In this document: one piece after another, positions 26,520 to 39,066 of the stretch
Position numbering within the stretch: position 1 is the stretch's first letter
How the letters are laid out: the number at the start of each line of letters is the position of its first letter
Assembly: GCF_963921235.1 (NCBI RefSeq)
Contig: NC_086106.1
Location: 36,704,001 to 36,768,000, forward strand
Length of the DNA stretch: 64,000 nucleotides
Reading direction: 5' to 3'
Source: Mobula hypostoma
Taxonomy: Eukaryota
Notes under the pieces: model-generated
What the model saw: only the letters and a program-made list of their open reading frames with translations
Told to the model about the DNA's origin: nothing
The model's database searches: none
Made by a program: the position numbers and the translations under genes

Positions 26520-28045
26520 AGAGTAGAACCATCGAACCATCGAATCGTGGAGCATTACAGTGTAGAAACAAACCCTTAGATCTATATAATCTGCGCCAAA
26601 CTGTTATTCTGCCTTGTCCCATTCACCAGCAAGGGGCATAGCACTCCATGCCCTTCCCATACATGTATCTGTTTACACTTCTCTTAAACGTAGAAGTTGA
26701 ACCCGCATCCACCACTTCATCTGGCGGCTCGACCATACCCTCATTGTGGTTTTACTAAATAAGTCTTACCTCAGTTTTGAGATGGATCACCGAATCTCAT
26801 CTCTCTTAAACCTTTTACCTTCCGTCATTAACCTATGACGTCTAGTTCTAGTATCATCCAACCACGGTGGAATCAAGCCTGCTTCTCTTAAAAACATTTA
26901 TACCCTTCATTAGTTTATATACCTCCATCAATCTCCACTCATGCTCCTGCATTCCTGGGGAAACAAAACTCCTAATCTATTCAATGCCATCTTTAGACCT
27001 CATGTACTCAAGCAGCGCCACGGTAAATCCTTGTAAATCTTCTCTGTACTTTTTCAATCCTATGGATATATTTCCTCTGTATAGGTGGCTTGAACGGCTC
27101 ACACTATTCCAAATGCAGTCACATACTTATACAACTTCAATATAACATCCAAATGCCTGTACTCAGTAATGTACTCTAATTTATGAAGGCCAATGTGCCA
27201 AATGATCTCTTTACGACCGTATGTATCTGCGAGATTACTTTCACGGTATTACTGACCTGTATTCCCAGTTACTTCTGTTCTATCGTTCACTGTGTTACTC
27301 ATACCCAGATTTGTCTCCATATTACAACACCCCACACTTGTCTACATTAAGTTCCATCAGTCATTATGTAGCCCATCTTTTTCCTGGTGATCCTTATCCC
27401 TCTGATAGCTTTGTTACCCTTCCTCGCTGTCCACTACATCCCCCATCTTGGTGGCATCTGCAAAGCTGTTAATCCATTGTACCACATTGTCATATATCTA
27501 CAGTACAACACTAGTCACAAGCCACCAATCAGAGACACATCTTTCTACTACCACTCTCTGGCTTCTCCTGCTAAGAAAATAACGAAACCAATTTGTTAAT
27601 TCATCCTGAATGCCAGGCAACTGAACCTCTTGCCCAGCTTCCCGTGCGGGCCCTGTCCAAAGTCCTGAATGAAGTCCGTGTAGACATCATCTAGTTCATC
27701 AACTTCCCTGATAAGCTCCTGGGAAAAAAAAACTGGTCAGAGACGAGCTACCACGCACAAAGCTATGTTGTCTATTCCCAAGTAGGCCAAGTCTGTCCAA
27801 ATACTCATATATCCGGCCCTTTCCAATATCTTCCAATAATTTTCCACTATTGAAAGCAGGCTGTATGACCTATAATTTCCTGGCATATATTGAAAAGCCG
27901 AACATCATTCCCTATCCTGTAGTCCCCTGGCACTTCACCAGTGGTATCTCTGCCATGTTCCACGCAGTTTCTGAACCAGCCTCCCACAAGGTCCGAGGAG
28001 AGGCCATAACAAGCGTCTGTACTTCCCACGAGAATTTTTCCTCAT
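26520..28045 (-). mobile_element. Degenerate CR1 LINE fragment
   Basis: Short-repeat tail near 26523 and decayed RT segments on the minus strand. Confidence 0.55.
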
Positions 28046-28049
28046 GACA

Positions 28050-31000
28050 GCATCACCTCCTCTTCACCAGTCCAGAGTACCTCTGTGGCCATCGCCTCAG
28101 CAGCAGATATACCACTCTGGGTACTATTGTTGGGGGTGAGTGTTGCTGGTGGTGGTGACCTATCAGAGGAAGGTCACAGCGGTCGGGAGTCTGACTCTGT
28201 AATTCGGCAGGGAGAGGTGGGAGAACAGGTTAGCTGAGGTGTTGCCGGATTCGTCAATTAGGGGAACACAAAAGAGGTTCTTTGGGTGACAGCGAGGTAC
28301 CCACATGGTATATTGCCACCAGAGTGCCAGTGTCTGGGACATCTCGGATCGGGTCCTCACCAATCCTAAGTAGTAGGGTGAAGAACCAGAGGTCAAGGTC
28401 TTAAAATAGAGTTGCAGAGGGATGTAAACCAAAGTGACAGAACGGTTAGTGAAGAGTTCGTGCACACAGACGTTGGTAAGACCTCAGGCAAAGTCAGTAA
28501 TCGGAAGCTTGAGCATGCTGCCACTAATGTCCTGATCTGCGTATATTTCAATGTAAGAAGCGTCGATGCAAAGGTGGATGAGTTCAGAGTATGGATCAAC
28601 GCCTGGAATTATGATATTGTGGCCATTCGTGAAACTGGGCTGCAAAAGGGGTAGGACTGGCAATTCAGTATTCCGGGGTTCCGTTGTTTTAGACGTGACA
28701 GAGCGGGAGGAATTAAAGAAGGGGTGGTGTTACTAATCAGGGATGACGTCGCGGCCGTACTCAGTCAGGACAGACTGAAGAACCCGTTTCGTGAGGCGTT
28801 ATGGGGGGAACTGAGATAGAAGAAAGGTATAGCCACGTTAATGGGGCTAAGTTACAGACCACCCAACAGTCCAAGGGATTTAGAGGAACAAATTTGCAGA
28901 GAGGTCGCAGACTGTTGCAAGAAACATAAGGTTGTTATAGTCCGTGATTTTCACGTTCCACATATTGACTGAGGCTCGCACACTGCACAATGACTGGACG
29001 GGATAGAGTTTGTCAAATGTGTTCAGGAACACTTCTTTAATCATTCCTAGAAATCCCAACGACAGAATGTGTGATACTAGGTCTACTATTCGAGAATGAG
29101 ACGGGGCAGGTGACATAAGTTTGTGTTGGAAACACTTTGCATTTAGAGATCACAATGCCATTAGTTTCAAAGTAAATATGCAAAACGGTAGGACTTGTAC
29201 ACGGGCTGAGACTCTAAATTGGAAGGGAAAAAAGCAATGTTGACGGTATCAGAAAGTACCTGGGTAAGTATCGATGGGGACAGGCAGTTTTCTAGCAAAG
29301 GTATTCTTGGTAAGTCGGACGCCTTCAGAACTGAAATTTCGAAAGTGCAAAACTTCGCCTGTCAGAATAAAATGTGAAGCGAACAAGTATAGGGAACCTT
29401 GGTTTTCAAGAGATATTGACGCACTGGTTAAGGAAGAAAGGAGGCGCATAGCAGGTGTAGGCAGGTAGGAACGAAAGAGATGCCTGTGGAGTGTACGGCA
29501 TGTACGAGAGCACTTCCGATAGAAAGCAGGAGGGCTAAAGAAGGCATGAAGTGGCCCTAGTAGACAAGGTGAAGGATACTCGTTAGTGATTCTACGGGTG
29601 TATTAAGAGAAAAAGTATTGTAACGGACAAAATTAGACCTCTGAAAGATCAGAATGGGAATACATATGTGAAGCCAAAAGACATGTTGGAGATCTTATCA
29701 GGAGTCTGGCATCGAGACTACAGAAGTGTGCAAAGCAGCATCAACCTCATGGGCCCGATACAATTTACGAGGAAGAGGTGTTTGCCGTCCTGGGACAAAT
29801 CAGGGTAGATAAATTCCCGGGGCTTACAGAGTATTCTCTCGGACACTACGGAAGGCAAATACAGATTTCAATCATCCTTAGCAACAGCAGAGGTACCCGA
29901 GGCCAGTGTCGTTCTTCTCTTTAAGGAAGGCCGTAAACATAAATCAGGAAATTGTAGGCCATCGATTCTGAAATCGGTTGTGGGAAAGTTATTTGAAGGT
30001 ATTATAAGGGACCGGATATAAAAGTATTCAGATAGACACGACCTGATCAACATGTTTTCGTGTGTGGTAGTTGATGGCTTACCAGTCTTTTAGAGTTTTG
30101 GAGGAAATTACCGGGAAATTGGATGAAGGCAAAGGAGGGGGTGTTCTCTGCATGGAGTTTAGCAAGGCGTTTCAGAAGGTTCTGCATGGCATAATGGCAC
30201 AGAAGCTTCAGTCGCTCAGGATTCAAGATGAGGTAGTAAATTGGATTATTCACTTGCTTTATGGAAGAAGCCAGAGAGCGGTAGTAGATGGTTGCCTCTG
30301 ACTGGAGGCCGGTGACTAGTGGACTGCCATTGGGATCGGTGCTGGGTTCGTTGTTGTTTGTCAACTATATAAGCAATACCATATAATGAGATTAACTGGA
30401 TCAGCAAATTTGCGGATGACACCAAGATTGCGGGTGTAGTGGACAGCGAGGAAGGCTATCGTACTGTGCAGAGGGATCTGGATCAGCTGGAAAAATAGGC
30501 TGAAAATAGCAGATGGAATTAAATGCAGACAAGTGTGAAGTGTTGCAGTTGGTAGGACAAACCATTTTACACTGTGCATGGTAGGGCATTCGGGAGCGTG
30601 GTAGAACAGAGACCTGGGAATATAAATTCGTAATCCGTTGAACGTGGCGTCACGGGTAGATAGGGTCGTGAATAAAACCTTTAGCACATTGGCCTTCGTA
30701 AATCAAAACACTGTAGGAGTTCGGAAGTAATGTTAAAGTTGAATAAGACGTTGTTGAGGAATAATTTGGAACATTGTGTGCAGTTCTGTTCACCTTCCTA
30801 CAAGGAAGATGTAAATAAGTACATAGAAAATTTACAAAGATGTCAGGTCTTAAGGACCTGAGTTATAAGCAAAGAATTCATAGGTTTGGAACTTATTCCT
30901 TGGAACGTAGATGACTGAGAGGAGATTTGATAGAGGTATACAAAATTATGAGGGGAATGGATACGGAAATGCAGGCAGGCCTTTTCTACGGAGGTTGTGT

Positions 31001-31260
31001 GGGACTACAATCAGATGTCATGTGTTATGGGCTAAACGTGAGCAGTTTAAGGGGAGCATGGGGGGAGTCTTCTTCACTGAGAGGGTCGAGAATGTGTAGA
31101 AAAAACTGCCAGCAAAAATGGTACATGTGAGCTCGCTTTTAAGCGATGTTTGATGTATGGAGGACTATAGTAGTTCGATGGAAGAAAGCAGTTTAAAGTT
31201 TCCGTATGAACTATATGTACCGTGGAGTCTGTTTTGTGCTGTATTTTTTATGACTATGCG
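28050..31260 (+). mobile_element. Degenerate CR1 LINE (ORF1 remnant plus ORF2)
   Basis: CVYFNVRS...WNYDIVAIRET endonuclease start; FADDTK; GSVLG; tail tatgactatg. Confidence 0.8.
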
Positions 31261-32432
31261 ATCCATGTACGTGCTCCTCACCAGTGTTTTGCCTCAGTCC
31301 ACAGTCCGTCTCCCGAGTAAATGCAGTTGCAAAAATAATCCAATGAAGATGTCCCCCATTTCTTTTGGTGCCAAGCATAGATGACTAGGCCGATCGTCAT
31401 GTGAGGCATTTTGGTCCCTTTTGCTAGAAATATATCTGTAGAAGCCCTTGGGATTTTCCTTCACTTTATCTACCAGAACAAACTCAGGCCTTCCTTTACC
31501 CCTCAGTATTTTCTTCTTTGCATTCCGTCTAATCACCCTATTTCCTTTCTGCCTTTACCTGCTACGTAGTTCGCTCTTACACTTAACTGGAGCCTGAATA
31601 TCCCTCGAACACCAAGTCCGAGATTCGTCTTCCCACTAAACAAAGAGAACGATGGAATCCACCATCGTTCTCTTTGTTTAGTGGGAAGACACCCCCACCC
31701 CCCCCCCCCCACACACACACACACCCCACATCCCACCAACACGTTGAAAAAATCCAAAAAACCATACAAATCGCGCAGGCTGAAGAAAAAAAAACGAACG
31801 AAAACACGGAATATGAAATACCAACCCACAAAGTAAAGGACAGAGTCCAGCAGAAGTGGTTCAGTGACTCCAGTTTAATTTAGCGCACTGCCGGTCGTTA
31901 TCTGCAGGCCACCCCGATCAAAATCGCACAAAATAGCAGAATCAAAGTAGAGGAGCGACGAGAAACCAGAAATACATCACAACGTGAACTACAGAGTCCC
32001 CAAACCGCGTCAATAAACCTTGCACAAGACGCAGGACTCTGGCACCATCCCATGGCATCATCGAAGGAGAGAGGGGGGCCATTCGAGCGCATGGATCTTC
32101 CTCCGGGAACACAGAGCGAGAGGGAGAGAGACCGTCACATGTAGATTCTTACCTCCGGCAAAAGCGAGCAGACACCTCCTCCGGCAGAAGCGAACGTGAG
32201 GTTATTGACGGCGCGGAACACCCATTCGCCTTCCGCTCTCATGTCAATTATTTCAAACTTCCTCGACGCTTTAGTCGTCAAATCGGCGACAAGTGGAGTC
32301 AATAATGATCTCTCTCTCTCTGTCTCCAGGCTTCTTTTCCTCTAAACTGCACGCTTCGCTCGAAGCCTCACAGAGAACCCTCGGAAACAGCAAAGGGCCA
32401 GAACGCTCAATCGGCGTCACCTCAGCGACTTA

Positions 32433-33533
32433 CCTATATGCTACTAAAACCCTCATGCTCTGTCTGTCTGTTTATCTGTTTGTGACCTCCAATTAGCGCA
32501 AACGGTGCATTACAGCAGCACTTTTTTTGGCTAAATCGAATTAAAATGCGTTAATTTACCGAATGCAGACAGAGTTCAGAGTTAGATATTCGTATAAAAT
32601 TGCTCATTCACTAAAAATCAACAGGCTGCCTTTCACCCGAGAGCCGATCGGCCATCATGGAAATCGGGACGCGACAGCCCGACGCATGCACACGGCCAGT
32701 CTCAGCAGCGACACCTATCGGAGAGAAAGGACAGGGCAGCTCTATTTCGATGGGTCACATTCTGTTCATCACCATCAGCATGTGCAGGATTAGGACAGAT
32801 CTAACTGCCACCCATCAATAACAGATAATTAAATCTTATTGTAATGACGTACTTCGAGACACCATAAAACCGTTTGCTGCAGTCAAAGGACAGCAGTGAC
32901 TATATCCCGTCCATTTACGAGAGCCAACCACATCATCAAGAATAATCAGCATCCTTTGGTGTTACTGCTTCGTATCTTCTATCCAGCATTAGAGTAAAAA
33001 AAAAATGGTCAGACTAATTACGCCGCGTGGAAAGGGAAGAGGGACGTTATGGTCAAGAAATGACGCCAAACGTCGTCGGGAAGCGGCAAGGAGAGGGAGA
33101 CAACAAGAATCGGATGAGGCCAGCGCTGCACGACTCCAGGATCAAAGAGTCAGGACAAAAAAAGATGAGAGAAGAAGAGACAGAGGAGGAGAGGCATGCA
33201 CGTCTCCAGGATCAGAGACAAACAACAAACAGCAGAAGAGATGTAGAGACGGGGGATGAAACGACTGCATGTCTCCAGAATGACAACAATAGACACAAGG
33301 GTGGCAGATAAACCAGAAATGATGCCATTAAAAGTGTTCTTCGTTAAACGAGGAGGAGCTATACTTTCTTTGCTACGTGTCGTTCTTCTTTAATAAACTG
33401 AGGTTTTCTACTTCAGTTTCCAAAGCAAAGCGATACCAAAAACATTCAGGGAAATTTAATGTTCATTCTGGTCACATCAGACTGCACTACCCTTCTCTCA
33501 AAGGGTGCCCCAAAGTGTCAGCCCGTTGTCTAG
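32433..33533 (+). mobile_element. Probable non-autonomous Helitron
   Basis: Lies between A (32432) and T (33534); starts CCTATATGCTACTAAAA; ends with a GC-rich imperfect hairpin plus CTAG; internal frameshifted ORF with charged repeats (ESDEASAARLQDQR, ETEEERHARLQDQR). Confidence 0.6.
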
Positions 33534-33929
33534 TTCTTCACCATAATTATCTTGAAAATAGGTATTGTCGTGTACCTTTTGCTGCATCTTACAACAAAGA
33601 ACCAGAAAACACAGTGGATCTGTTCAAAGACATGATTGTTACTTGCAAGGAAAAATATCTCCAATTCCATGAATAGCAGGCTGCTACTGCTTTACAACTT
33701 ACAAAGTTCCTTTTTTAAAGCAAGAGTTCTGGCTATTCTTTGCCTATTTTCTGTTCTGCGAGTAGGCCTCTCAACAGGATCAGTACTCAAGGCCATGCAG
33801 TATTTGAATCTCCCCTCAGTTACATAATAGATAATGATCAAGACATAACCTGCCTCTTCTCACGTACACTCTTCGCTCATAGCAAAGCGCTCTGGGACTA
33901 TACAGTTTCCATTTTGCCACGTTTTATAT

Positions 33930-34207
33930 AGGCATCCGTTAGTCTCGTGAGACTGTGGATTTGCGCCTTGGAAGGTTTCCAGGGCGCAGGCCTGGGCAAG
34001 GTTGTATGGAAGACCGGCAGTTGCCCATGCAACAAGTCTCTCCTCTCCACGCCACCGATGTTGTCCAAGGGAAGGGCACTAGGGACGATACAGCTTGGCA
34101 CCGGTGTCATCGCAGAGCAATGTATGGTTACGTGCCTTGCTCAAGGACACAACACGCTCCCTCACCCAAGGCTCGAACTAGCGACACTCAGATCACTAAA
34201 CTAACGT
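33930..34207 (-). mobile_element. tRNA-derived SINE with RTE-type tail
   Basis: Minus strand shows a B-box-like GTTCGAGCC, a central gtgtccttgagcaaggcac, and a tail complementary to ggcatccgttagtctcgtgagac. Confidence 0.6.
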
Positions 34208-34704
34208 ATAAAACTAACTAATATATAAAAATCTCAAAATTTAGAGTATATTTCCACATTTCCCTTTTTGTCATTACATGACAACGGCAGAGCTTCATAA
34301 ACCTCTGCTTTAGAATATAGTAATCAAAGTCATTTCAGACATTCATGTAATAATACTGTCTCCGAGCCTCAGTCAAGCAACAAAAACTGTTTTCCTAGTC
34401 TGCATGACTTTCCTAATGCTCTCATCTTCTAGGTCCAAATACCCTTGACAGAAATCGCAAGAAGATGACTTTTCCAGATGGGTTTCGGACCACGATGTTG
34501 TGTCAGAAGAATGTGTTAGTGTGGGTAAAATGACACTGTTTATTGGCTTTGTTATATTTTGCTATTGTGCTCAATTTTGTAGAATTTATTAAGCTTTGGC
34601 TTAAATTCTGTTTAACGTTTTCCCTTTCCCTATTTTCTTTACCTTTTGATATTCCACATACTTACATGTTTCATATTCATTTTGTCCGTTGCTGTATTGT
34701 ACTC

Positions 34705-35930
34705 TTTAAAGCACTGAAATCCAGGAATATTGAGAATCCATTCCTGCCCTGGTGCCAGCCAAGTCTCTGTAATGGCCAGTACATCATAATTCCGTGTATG
34801 TATCCAAGCTCTCAGTTCATCACCTTTGTTCCTGATGCTTCTTGCATTGAAGTACACACATTTCAGCCCTTCTACCTTACTGTCTTTACACCGTTTATTC
34901 TGCTTCTCTTTCCTCAAAGCCTCTCGATATGTTAGATCTGGTTTTACTCCATGCACTTCTTTCACTGCTCTATCGCTCCGGGTCCCATTACCCTCGCAAA
35001 TTAGTTTGAACTGTCCCAAACCATGCTAGCAAACCTACCTGCAAGGATGTTCCTCCCCCTCGAGTTCAGGTGCAACCCATCCAATCTGCACAGGTCCCAC
35101 CTTCCTCAGAAGAGATCCCAATGATCCAAAAATCTAAAATCCTGTCCCCTGCACCAACTCCTCAGCCACGCATTCAACTGCCATCTCCTCCAATTCTTAC
35201 CATCTCTGTCACGTAGCACTGGCAGCAATCCTGAGAACGCCACCCTTGAGGTCCTGTTCTTCAGCCTTCTGCCTAGTTTCCGAAACTCGCACTTCAGGAC
35301 CTCATCCCTCTTCCTGCCTATGTCGTTGGTCCCAACATGTATCACGACTCCTGGCTGCTTTCTGTCTCGTACCAGGATGTCGTGCATCTGGTCAGAGACA
35401 TCCCGGGCCCTGGCACCCGGGAGGCAAAAAAACCATGCGGGTGTCCTTCTCACGTCCAAAAATCTCCTGTCTACTCCTCTGACCATAGAGTCTCCAATGA
35501 TGACAGCTCTCCTCTTCTCCGTCCCACCCTTCTGCACCACAGGGTCCGACTCAGTGCCAGAGGCCCTGCCACCGTGGCTCACATCTGATCGGTCGTCCCC
35601 GCCAACAGTATCCAGGACGGTAAACTTATTGTTCAGGGGAATGGCTACAGGGGTGCTCTGCACTACCTGTCTGCTCACCTTCGCTTTCCCCCCTCTGACT
35701 GTCACCCAACGACCTGCTTCCGACAGCCTAGATGTGACTGCCTCCCTGTAGTTCTCATCTATGACTGCCTCATTCTCCTTTATGAGTCGAAGGTCGTCCA
35801 GCTGCTGCTCCAGATTCCTTACACGGTCTTCCAGATCACCCAGCCGCATGCACTTCTGGCAGATGTGACTCTGCGGGAGAGAGGAGTTCCTCCAACCCTG
35901 CCCTGCTGGGTCCATCTTTCTGCTCGAGAC
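34705..35930 (-). mobile_element. 5' portion of a CR1 LINE (ORF1 Cys motif and SGNH esterase-like domain, start of ORF2 endonuclease)
   Basis: ORF 35106-35915 has HICQKC, coiled coil, IIGDSMVRG and HVGTND; ORF2 start LKCVYFNARSIRNK...AITETWL breaks at ~34705. Confidence 0.85.
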
Positions 35931-35934
35931 TTGC

Positions 35935-38146
35935 TGTCACCACGGTTCGGATATAGAAACATAGAAACATAGAAACATAGAAACATAGAAAATAGGTGCA
36001 GGAGTAGGCCATTCGGCCCTTCGAGCCTGCACCGCCATTTATTATGATCATGGCTGATCATCCAACTCAGAACCCAGCCTTCCCTCCATACCCCCTGACC
36101 CCTGTAGCCACAAGGGCCATATCTAACTTCCTTTTAAACATAGCTAATGAACTGGCCTCAACAGTTTGCTGTGGCAGAGAATTCCACAGATTCACCACTC
36201 TCTGTGTGAAGAAGTTTTTCCTAACCTCGGTCCTAAAAGGCTTCCCCTCTATCCTCAAACTGTGACCCCTCGTTCTAGACCTCCCCAACATCGGGAACAA
36301 TCTTCCCGCATCTAGCCTGTCCAATCCCTTTAGGATCTTATACGTTTCAATCAGATCCCCCCTCAATCTTCTAAATTCCAACGAGTACAAGCCCAGTTCA
36401 TCCAGTCTTTCTTCATATGAAAGACCTGCCATCCCAGGAATCAATCTGGTGAACCTTCTTTGTACTCCCTCTATGGCAAAGATGTCTTTCCTCAGATTAG
36501 GGGACCAAAACTGCACACAATACTCCAGGTGTGGTCTCACCAAGGCCTTGTACAACTGCAGTAGTACCTCCCTGCTCCTGTACTCGAATCCTCTCGCTAT
36601 AAATGCCAGCATACCGTTCGCCTTTTTCACCGCCTGCTGTACCTGCATGCCCACTTTCAATGACTGGTGTATAATGACACCCAGGTCTCGTTGCACCTCC
36701 CCTTTTCCTAATCGGCCACCATTCAGATAATAATCTGTTTTCCTATTTTTGCCACCAAAGTGGATAACTTCACATTTATCCACATTAAATTGCATCTGCC
36801 ATGAGTTTGCCCACTCACCCAACCTATCCAAGTCACCCTGCATCCTCTTAGCATCCTCCTCACTGCTAACACTGCCACCCAGCTTCGTGTCATCCGCAAA
36901 CTTGGAGATGCTGCATTTAATTCCCTCATCCAAGTCATTAATATATATTGTAAACAACTGGGGTCCCAGCACTGAGCCTTGCGGTACCCCACTAGTCACC
37001 GCCTGCCATTCTGAAAAGGTCCCGTTTATTCCCACTCTTTGCTTCCTGTCTGCTAACCAATTCTCCACCCACACCAATACCTTACCCCCAATACCGTGTG
37101 CTTTAAGTTTGCACACTAATCTCCTATGTGGGACCTTGTCAAAAGCCTTTTGAAAATCCAAATATACCACATCCACTGGTTCTCCCCTATCCACTCTACT
37201 AGTTACATCCTCAAAAAATTCTATGAGATTCGTCAGACATGATTTTCCTTTCACAAATCCATGCTGACTTTGTCCGATCATTTCACCGCTTTCCAAATGT
37301 GCTGTTATCACATCCTTGATAACTGACTCCAGCAGTTTCCCCACCACCGACGTTAGGCTAACCGGCCTATAATTCCCCGGTTTCTCTCTCCCTCCTTTTT
37401 TAAAAAGTGGGGTTACATTAGCCACCCTCCAATCCTCAGGAACTAGTCCAGAATCTAACGAGTTTTGAAAAATTATCACTAATGCATCCACTATTTCTTG
37501 GGCCACTTCCTTAAGCACTCTGGGATGCAGACCATCTGGCCCTGGGGATTTATCTGCCTTCAATCCCTTCAATTTACCTAACACCACTTCCCTACTAACA
37601 TGTATTTCGCTCAGTTCCTCCATCTCACTGGACCCTCTGTCCCTTACTATTTCTGGAAGATTATTTATGTCCTCCTTAGTGAAGACAGAACCAAAGTAAT
37701 TATTCAATTGGTCTGCCATGTCCTTGCTCCCCATAATCAGGCCCCAAGTGCAGAGTGAGACACACTGAAGCCGGTCGATAGGTCACAGACTATAATGCGA
37801 GCAGTGTCAAAGGGAAAAATAAAACAATAAACGCTAGGCCAAACAGGGCCGTAACTAGAACTCTCAAAGGAAAACCAAGCCTACACTGCGGCTGAAAAGA
37901 ACATCAAAACAGTAAACGAATACCGCTAGTCTTCAGGGCCAGTTAATTTGAAAGTCCAGTATCTCAGGGAAGCCGAATACAAAACAGCAGCGAAGCGTTG
38001 CTGTGCTCTGCTCAACTCTCGACAAGCACTACGAGGACAAGAATGGAGTTAAATACTATCACGATTATATAATAATTACCTGACACCTGCAAATTCACAA
38101 GCGCAATTGCTGTATCTGCTGCGATGCCGAATCCGTGGTTGTGACA
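35935..38146. mobile_element. Solo-LTR-like element (~0.43 kb) split by the young CR1
   Basis: Inverted termini TGTCACCACGGTTCGG (35935) and CCGAATCCGTGGTTGTGACA (38146); absent before the (GA)n tract in the sister units. Confidence 0.6.
35953..37738 (-). mobile_element. Young 5'-truncated CR1 LINE with an uninterrupted 555-codon RT ORF (36067-37734)
   Basis: All RT motifs intact (KSPGPDG, NYRPVSLTS, LDFQKAFD, GVPQGSVLGP, FADDTK); perfect (CTATGTTT)n tail at 35953-35990. Confidence 0.95.
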
Positions 38147-39066
38147 TATAGAGACAGAGAGAAAAAGAGAGAGTGGAGGAGAGAGACGGAGACAGAGAGA
38201 GAGAGAGAGAGAGAGATCGCACATGCTTGTATATATCAAAGAAGATAGGGCTAGAGACAGTGCCATTTTGAAGGCTGGCAAGCAAGGGATGAAATTCTAC
38301 GCGCTGTATTAAACGCAAAGTGATAACGTGAGAATGGAGAATGGAGAGGGAGAATGGGATAGTAAGATATTGTGCAAATGTGGAGACTGGCTGGGGGTAT
38401 TGGCGATCAAGAGAAGAATGGGTAGCGAAGAGGGAACAGAAGACAGGAATAAATGAACACGATCACGCCAAACTGTGTGAGTACATTGGTGCTTGAAATT
38501 TCCCATTCTCGTTTAGACAATTGTCTCTGTGGCCCCCTGCATTGTTACCACAAAACACAACGCAAGATGAGAAGGGACAACTCCACCTTCAGCCTGGGAT
38601 CATTGCAGCCTTCCAGATTTAATTTCGAATTCTCCGATCTCATACATTCTTGTAACATTCATCTGAATTTGACATTTCTGATTGTCATTAACTTAGTTCA
38701 GTTATTTCTTTTCTCCTATCCCGTCTGCAAACGCAATATGCTTCTTCCTGACTTTCGGCTAGATTTACCGCATCCGATATTCCCTCTGTTCTATTGTCCT
38801 TGCAACGTTTTCTGCTGTTGAACAGTTAATTGCTTTTGTTTTCTTTCCGTTCCGCCGAAGAGTTTCGGCACTGAAATCTTGATCATCTTTCCTCAGATGC
38901 TGGCTTACACGCTGAGTGCTTTCAGTATTTTCTGCTTGTATTAAGCCCCAGCCGAACAAACTCAAAATATTTGAAATTCAGGTGAATAATAAGTGCAGTT
39001 GTCTTCGAATAGGTGCACAGATACTTCTGATGAAAAGAATATCAATTCAGATTTAGACTTTAATTA

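Noticed and set aside
35106-37734. One autonomous CR1 formed by the 269-aa and 555-aa ORFs
   Set aside because: The order is wrong (RT and tail precede ORF1 on the minus strand) and an LTR end separates them; they are two independent truncated insertions.
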